Assembly (NCBI GenBank): GCA_963422395.1
Contig: OY729431.1
Span: 608,001-672,000, forward strand
Reading direction: 5' to 3'
DNA length: 64,000 nt
Source of the DNA: Vicinamibacteria bacterium
GTDB lineage: Bacteria > Acidobacteriota > Vicinamibacteria > Marinacidobacterales > Marinacidobacteraceae
The notes beneath the pieces were generated by a model. The model saw only the letters and a program-made list of their open reading frames with translations. It was not told the origin of the DNA and ran no database searches. Position numbers and translations under genes: made by a program. Every line of letters begins with the position of its first letter. Positions within the stretch are counted from its first letter, which is position 1. Shown here piece by piece: positions 58,990-64,000 of the stretch.

Positions 58990-60195
58990 TCAGGACATGA
59001 GCCCTCGGCTTCGCCAGTCGTTCGATAGGAAGCGAGTCATGAAGTCATCGAAGAGCGGGACGGTGAACGCCGTATCCCCGTGATTGGGACTCCACACCAT
59101 TCCCTTGGCGATCAACTTGCTCCGGATCGGTGCGGCAGCGGTCACGGGTCTGCCCAGTGTTTTCGCGATGTCGCCCGACCGATGCGGTCCGGCGCCCAGT
59201 TCGGCCATGGCCCGGAGATACCGCCACTCGGAAGGCGTGAGCTGATCCACGCGAACCCGAAAGAATCCCTCGTCGAGGGCGGTCCTCGCTGCCGAAGAGG
59301 CGCTTTCCACATCCTCGAGACCGATGGGCGGCGCTTCGGCGGCGTTCCAGGCCTGTTTCCCCCATTCCTGCAAGAAGAATGGATAGCCCTTCGTTTCTTC
59401 GAAAATTCTGCAGAACGCATTCTCGGAGATGTTCGCTCCCTGATCCAGCACCGGCTTTTCGATGGCGCGCCGCGCTGCCTCTCGATCCAATGGTCCGATG
59501 AAGGGGAAGTCGAACAACCGCTCCGCATAGGATTTCGCCCGCCCGGTGCGGGCCCGCAGCGTGGGCAGTCCAGCGCCCACCATCGTGACCGGCTTCTCCT
59601 GCTGCGCAGTACGGTGGAGAGCGGTGATGAGGGCCGCGAGTTCGCCTTCTTCCACATACTGCAGTTCGTCGAGAAACAGAACGAGCGCGGTGCCCGCTTT
59701 TTGCGCCGCCTCTGCGGCAGCGAGCAGAAGCGCGGTCAGATCCTGTTCGAGATCGCCGTTGTCCGCGAGTCCCGGTTCCGGAGCGAGGTCGGGGTCGAGG
59801 CTGATCTGGATGTCTCCGTACTGCACTTTCAGTGCGCGCACGAAACCCGCCAAAGCCCGAAACGCTCGACGCGTCTGGTGCGAGAGCCCGTTCTTGGAGA
59901 GTTGCAGCAGAACTCCACGGAGCTGAGGCGTCAGCATGGCGGGCAGGGAGCGGTTCTCCGCCGCCTCGACATAGAGCGTCCGGAGTCCGGCAGCCTGGGC
60001 TTCCTTCTCCATCCGAACGAGCAATACGGTCTTCCCGACCCCCCGTAAACCGACCAGGAGCACGCTCTTGGCTGAACGGGCGATCCGGATCCTTTGCAAA
60101 GCGACCCGGACCCTTTCCCGCAGTTCGTCCCGTCCGGCCAATTCCGGAGGCGGGGTTCCTGCCCCCGGCGCGAAGGGATTGGAGATCGGATCCAT
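58990..60195 (-). CDS. AAA ATPase (AAA_16-like) with probable C-terminal winged helix
   Basis: NPFAPGAGTPP.LAGR, GLRGVGKT, FLDELQ, GYPFFLQ, R.KLI.KG. Confidence 0.88.
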   Translation of the reverse strand: MDPISNPFAPGAGTPPPELAGRDELRERVRVALQRIRIARSAKSVLLVGLRGVGKTVLLVRMEKEAQAAGLRTLYVEAAENRSLPAMLTPQLRGVLLQLSKNGLSHQTRRAFRALAGFVRALKVQYGDIQISLDPDLAPEPGLADNGDLEQDLTALLLAAAEAAQKAGTALVLFLDELQYVEEGELAALITALHRTAQQEKPVTMVGAGLPTLRARTGRAKSYAERLFDFPFIGPLDREAARRAIEKPVLDQGANISENAFCRIFEETKGYPFFLQEWGKQAWNAAEAPPIGLEDVESASSAARTALDEGFFRVRVDQLTPSEWRYLRAMAELGAGPHRSGDIAKTLGRPVTAAAPIRSKLIAKGMVWSPNHGDTAFTVPLFDDFMTRFLSNDWRSRGLMS

Positions 60196-60221
60196 GGATC
60201 GGCCTGCTTCTCTCTTGGAGA

Positions 60222-60276
60222 TATAGCGACCTTAGCGAGATTATCTCATCTTGGTAATCTCGCTAAGATCGCTATA
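60222..60276. promoter_or_regulatory. 22-bp inverted repeat (1 mismatch, 11-nt spacer) upstream of the AAA ATPase
   Basis: TATAGCGACCTTAGCGAGATTA-N11-TAATCTCGCTAAGATCGCTATA. Confidence 0.75.
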
Positions 60277-60325
60277 GATCGAACAGGTGCGCCGCTGTGA
60301 GGAGCTGGTCGGCGCTCCCCGGCGG

Positions 60326-63300
60326 TCAGGAGGCCGGGATCGGTTCGTCCGACGGGGCGGGAGCGGCAGACGCTCGGGCAGAGCTCTGCCGCCAGAGGCG
60401 GCGCGCCCGGACGGCGAGGTCGTCGAGCAGGGTGTAGAAGAAGGGGAGGATCACCAGGGTGAGGACGGTGGACGCCGCCAAGCCGCCGATGACCGTGCGG
60501 GCGAGGGGGAAGTAGTAGAGCCCGTCGAGCCCGGTCCTCCCGATCCCCATCGGCACCAGGGCGAGCATGGTGGCGCCGGCGGTCATCAGGATCGGCCGCA
60601 GCCGGTCGCGGCCGCCGGTGAGCAGCGCCTGAGTGCGCTCCATGCCCTCTCGGCGCAGCCGGTTCACATGGTCGATCAGCACGATGCCGTTCTTCACCAC
60701 GATCCCCATCAGGATGAGCATCCCGATCTGGGCCATCAGGTTGAAGGGGCTGTTCGTCGCGAGCAGCAGCCAGGCGGCGCCCCACAGCGCGTAGGGGATC
60801 GAGATGAGGATGGCGAGCGGGTGGATGAGCGACTCGAACTGCGCCGCCATCACGATGTAGATGAGGAGAAGGGCGAGCAAGTAGTTCACCGCCATGCTCT
60901 GGAGGTCGGTGTCCTGCTGCTCGATCCGGTCGCCGAAGGACCAGGCATACCCCGGGGGCAGGGCCATGGCGTCCATCTCGGTCTCGATCTGCTCGCGCGC
61001 CGCCTCCCAATCCTCCCCCTCGTAGGCGGCCTCGAGGGCGGCGACCGCCTTGCGGTCCACCCGCCGGATCGCCCGGCTTCGCTCGACGATCTCGAAATCG
61101 GCGAGGTCTCCGAGCGGGGCCGGCGCGCCGGAAGCGGAGATCAGGGTGAAGTTCCGCAGATCGTCCACTCGCGAGACATCCTTCCGCGACATCGCGAGCC
61201 GCACCTCGGCTTCCCGCTCCTCGGTCTGGAAGCGGCGGAGCGGGCGGCCGCCGAGACTGAACCCGAAGATCTCCGAAAGGTCTCGCGGGGTGATGCCGAG
61301 CCGGGCCGCTGCTTCCGGCCGGGGGCGGACGATGACTTCCTTTCGCGGTGTCTGCTCCCGGTTGCGAAGTTCGGCGACCCCCTCGACTCCGGCCAGGCGA
61401 TGCTCCGCCTCGACGAGCAGATCGGCGAGCCGCTCGGAATCCTCGCCGTAGAGCCGAACCCGGAAGAACATGCTCTCGCCGCCGGTCTCCTGATCGTCGT
61501 CTCCACCGAACACGATCCGCGCACCGGGCAGGGTCGGCAGCGTCTCGCGGACGGTTTCGCGGAGCTCCTTCCCCTCGGCGTCGGAGATGTGCCGTTCGCC
61601 GAAGGAGATCACCGTCTGCGCCTCGTTCTCGGCGAAGTAGCTGTACACCGACTCGATCCCGAGCGGCTCGCGGAGCGAGGCGAGGGCGCGCTCGACGGAC
61701 AGCACCGCGCGCTCGGAGTCCTCCCGGTAGTGGAAATCGGAGAACTCGTAGGCGAGGAAGACCCGGTTCCGGTTGAACCCCGAGAACACCGCGGTCTGGA
61801 GCCCGAGGAAGAACGGGGCGATCGCGGAGATCAGGAACACCGCTGCGATCCCTGCGGTGAGGAAGCGGCGGCGGAGGGTGAAGCGCAGGACACGCTCGTA
61901 GAACGCGCCGAGCCGCTCGGTCCAGCGGGGTGCGACGGACGGCTTGCGGGCGAGCAGGCGCGAACTCATCAGCGGGATCAGGGTGAGCGAGAGGAACAGC
62001 GAACAGAAGATCGTCAGCGAGATCGCCAGGCCGATCTCCCCGAGCCAGATCGAGAGGGCATTCTTCGAGCCCACCACGGTCGGCAGGAACACCACCGCGG
62101 TGGTGATCGTCGAGGCGATCACCGCTCCCGACACTGCCTGCGCGCCGCTGATCGCCGCGATCTTCGCCGGGAGGCCCCGGCCGTGCTCCCGGACGATGGA
62201 CTCGAGAACGACGATCGCGTCGTCCACCAGCAGACCGATCCCGAGCATGATCCCCATCATCGAGAGGACATTCAGCGACTTGCCCGCGAAGTAGAGGACG
62301 GTCGCGGTGGCGATGATGGACATCGGGATCGTCAGGCTGACGATCGAGGTGGTATCCATCCGCCGCAGGAAGAGGAAGAGGACGAACACCGCGAGCAGCG
62401 CGCCGAGGAAGCCTTCGGTGCGGATCCCGGCGAGGCCCGAGGTGATCTGCGCCGCCTGGTCTTCCCAGACGAACAGGTGGATGCCGGCGAGTGCCGGGTC
62501 GGCGGCGATCTCGTTCTCGATCAACTCGCCCACCGCAGTGGCCACTTCCACGGTGTTCGCTTCCGCGCTCTTGAACACCGTCAGCCCGATGGCGGCCTCG
62601 TCGTTCAGGCGCCGGCCGTAGGGGATGGGCGGCTCCCGGTAGGTCACCTCAGCGACATCCGAGATCGATAGCCCCCGGTCGTCGAGCGGCAGGCTGCCGA
62701 TCTCGTCGATCGTGGAGAGCGCGCCGAAGCCTCGAACCGGAGTCACCTGATCCTCCGCCCGGATCCGCCCGAGCGACACATTGCGGTTCATCGCGGAAAC
62801 GCGCTCGAAGACCTCGGAGATATCCACCCGGTGGGCGGTCAGCCGGTCGAGGCGCAGGTCGATCCGCACCTCGCGCGGCTCGACCCCGTTCAGCTCGACC
62901 CGGGCCACTCCCGGAATCCGCCGGATGGGGTCGGCGATGCGGCGCTCGAGGCGGTCGTAGTTCGCCGAGAGGTCCATCCCGGGCGCGGAGATGCGCGCCT
63001 CGACGATCGGGATCTGCGTCGTGGAGAAGGTGTCCACCTGGATCTTCCGCACATCGGGGGGAAGCTGCGGGCGGGCGTCCTCCACGGCTTCGAAGACCTT
63101 GGCGCGCGCCACATCCACCGTCTCCCCCCAGGTGAACTGCAGCTGGAGTTGGGCGCTGTCGGCGGTGGCGGTCGAGTAGATGCGCCGGGCGCCGGGAATC
63201 GTGGCGAGCGCCTCTTCGAGCGGCCGGACGATCTCTCGCTCGATCTGCCGCGGGCTCGCGTTCTCGTAGGGCACGGTGACGAAGACTCCGGGGAAGTCCA

Positions 63301-63418
63301 CATCGGGCAGGAAGGCCAGTGGAATCCGCGGGAACGAGATGCCGCCGAGCACCAGCAGGCTGAGGAGCAGCATCGCGGTGGTGACCGGGCGGTTCACCGA
63401 GAGGCGGGGGAGACTCAT
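60326..63418 (-). CDS. RND efflux permease (AcrB family)
   Basis: SVNRPV, GLLVDDAIVV, GIVVKNGIV, RLRPILMT. Confidence 0.95.
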   Translation of the reverse strand: MSLPRLSVNRPVTTAMLLLSLLVLGGISFPRIPLAFLPDVDFPGVFVTVPYENASPRQIEREIVRPLEEALATIPGARRIYSTATADSAQLQLQFTWGETVDVARAKVFEAVEDARPQLPPDVRKIQVDTFSTTQIPIVEARISAPGMDLSANYDRLERRIADPIRRIPGVARVELNGVEPREVRIDLRLDRLTAHRVDISEVFERVSAMNRNVSLGRIRAEDQVTPVRGFGALSTIDEIGSLPLDDRGLSISDVAEVTYREPPIPYGRRLNDEAAIGLTVFKSAEANTVEVATAVGELIENEIAADPALAGIHLFVWEDQAAQITSGLAGIRTEGFLGALLAVFVLFLFLRRMDTTSIVSLTIPMSIIATATVLYFAGKSLNVLSMMGIMLGIGLLVDDAIVVLESIVREHGRGLPAKIAAISGAQAVSGAVIASTITTAVVFLPTVVGSKNALSIWLGEIGLAISLTIFCSLFLSLTLIPLMSSRLLARKPSVAPRWTERLGAFYERVLRFTLRRRFLTAGIAAVFLISAIAPFFLGLQTAVFSGFNRNRVFLAYEFSDFHYREDSERAVLSVERALASLREPLGIESVYSYFAENEAQTVISFGERHISDAEGKELRETVRETLPTLPGARIVFGGDDDQETGGESMFFRVRLYGEDSERLADLLVEAEHRLAGVEGVAELRNREQTPRKEVIVRPRPEAAARLGITPRDLSEIFGFSLGGRPLRRFQTEEREAEVRLAMSRKDVSRVDDLRNFTLISASGAPAPLGDLADFEIVERSRAIRRVDRKAVAALEAAYEGEDWEAAREQIETEMDAMALPPGYAWSFGDRIEQQDTDLQSMAVNYLLALLLIYIVMAAQFESLIHPLAILISIPYALWGAAWLLLATNSPFNLMAQIGMLILMGIVVKNGIVLIDHVNRLRREGMERTQALLTGGRDRLRPILMTAGATMLALVPMGIGRTGLDGLYYFPLARTVIGGLAASTVLTLVILPFFYTLLDDLAVRARRLWRQSSARASAAPAPSDEPIPAS

Positions 63419-64000
63419 GCGGCGAATCGTTTGCGGTCGAACACCGAATAGGCGGTCGGGATGACGATCAGGGTCAGCGCGGTCGAGACCAGGAGCCCGC
63501 CGATCACGGTGATCGCCATCGGTCCCCGGATCTCCGCCCCTTCTCCCAGCCCGATCGCCATCGGGGTCAGTCCGAGGATGGTGGTGAGGGTGGTCATCAG
63601 GATCGGTCGCAATCGAATCCGGCCGGCGGCGACGATCGCCTCCGCCTTCTCCATCCCCTCGGCGCGCAGCCGGTTGATGCAGTCCACCAGCACGATGGCG
63701 TTCTTCACCACGATGCCGGCGAGCATGACCACCCCGATCAGCACGATCACGCTCAGGGTGGAGCCGGAGAGCAGCAGCGCCCACACCACCCCGATCGCTC
63801 CGAGCGGGATCGTGAACAGGATGAGGAAGGGGTGCAGCAGCGACTCGAACTGGCTGGCCATCACGAAGTACACCAGGAAGATGGCCAGGCCGATGGCGAG
63901 GGCGAGGCTGGCGAAGGAACGCTCCATCTCCTCGCGCTGCCCGCCGAAGCGGGTTTCGACGCCGGAGTCGAGGCCGAGCCCGGCGACGCGGGTTCCGATC
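63415..64000 (-). CDS. Second RND efflux permease, 5' part outside window
   Basis: SQFESLLHP, GIVVKNAIV, RLRPILMT, GGL. Confidence 0.93.
   Translation of the reverse strand, partial: IGTRVAGLGLDSGVETRFGGQREEMERSFASLALAIGLAIFLVYFVMASQFESLLHPFLILFTIPLGAIGVVWALLLSGSTLSVIVLIGVVMLAGIVVKNAIVLVDCINRLRAEGMEKAEAIVAAGRIRLRPILMTTLTTILGLTPMAIGLGEGAEIRGPMAITVIGGLLVSTALTLIVIPTAYSVFDRKRFAA

Overview
High-GC bacterial chromosomal window; the gene content suggests an Acidobacteriota-like organism, but that is inference only. Housekeeping and envelope genes include the end of a T2SS/pseudopilin cluster, an FAD/Fe-S oxidoreductase, a secreted operon with three Ig-like/LVIVD beta-propeller paralogs, pxpABC, an unannotated ribosomal protein Thx gene, ispG, an atypical egtB, a MacAB-like ABC exporter and two RND pumps. 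Two defence-type regions interrupt these. (1) A ~24.7 kb BREX type-1-like locus (brxA-brxB-brxC-pglX-pglZ-brxL, then Fic). Its pglX is split by a G19 tract. Its internal junctions carry nested cargo: a TIR remnant plus 4-TM effector, a DUF2442/DUF4160 pair, and a repeated PHP-ATPase (Ppl/TrlF-like) plus Schlafen/AlbA_2-HATPase module with three intact Schlafen-like paralogs. (2) A decayed cluster at 55.7-60.3 kb with a Ubl/E1 relic, two ABC-ATPase+PIN modules and an AAA ATPase preceded by a 22-bp inverted repeat. Window-wide signals are near-absence of ACGT with apparent ATGT/ACAT replacement, internal deletions that keep both gene ends, and leaderless promoters. No tRNA, rRNA, CRISPR array, integrase or transposase was recognised. 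All family calls come from motif recognition, not database searches.
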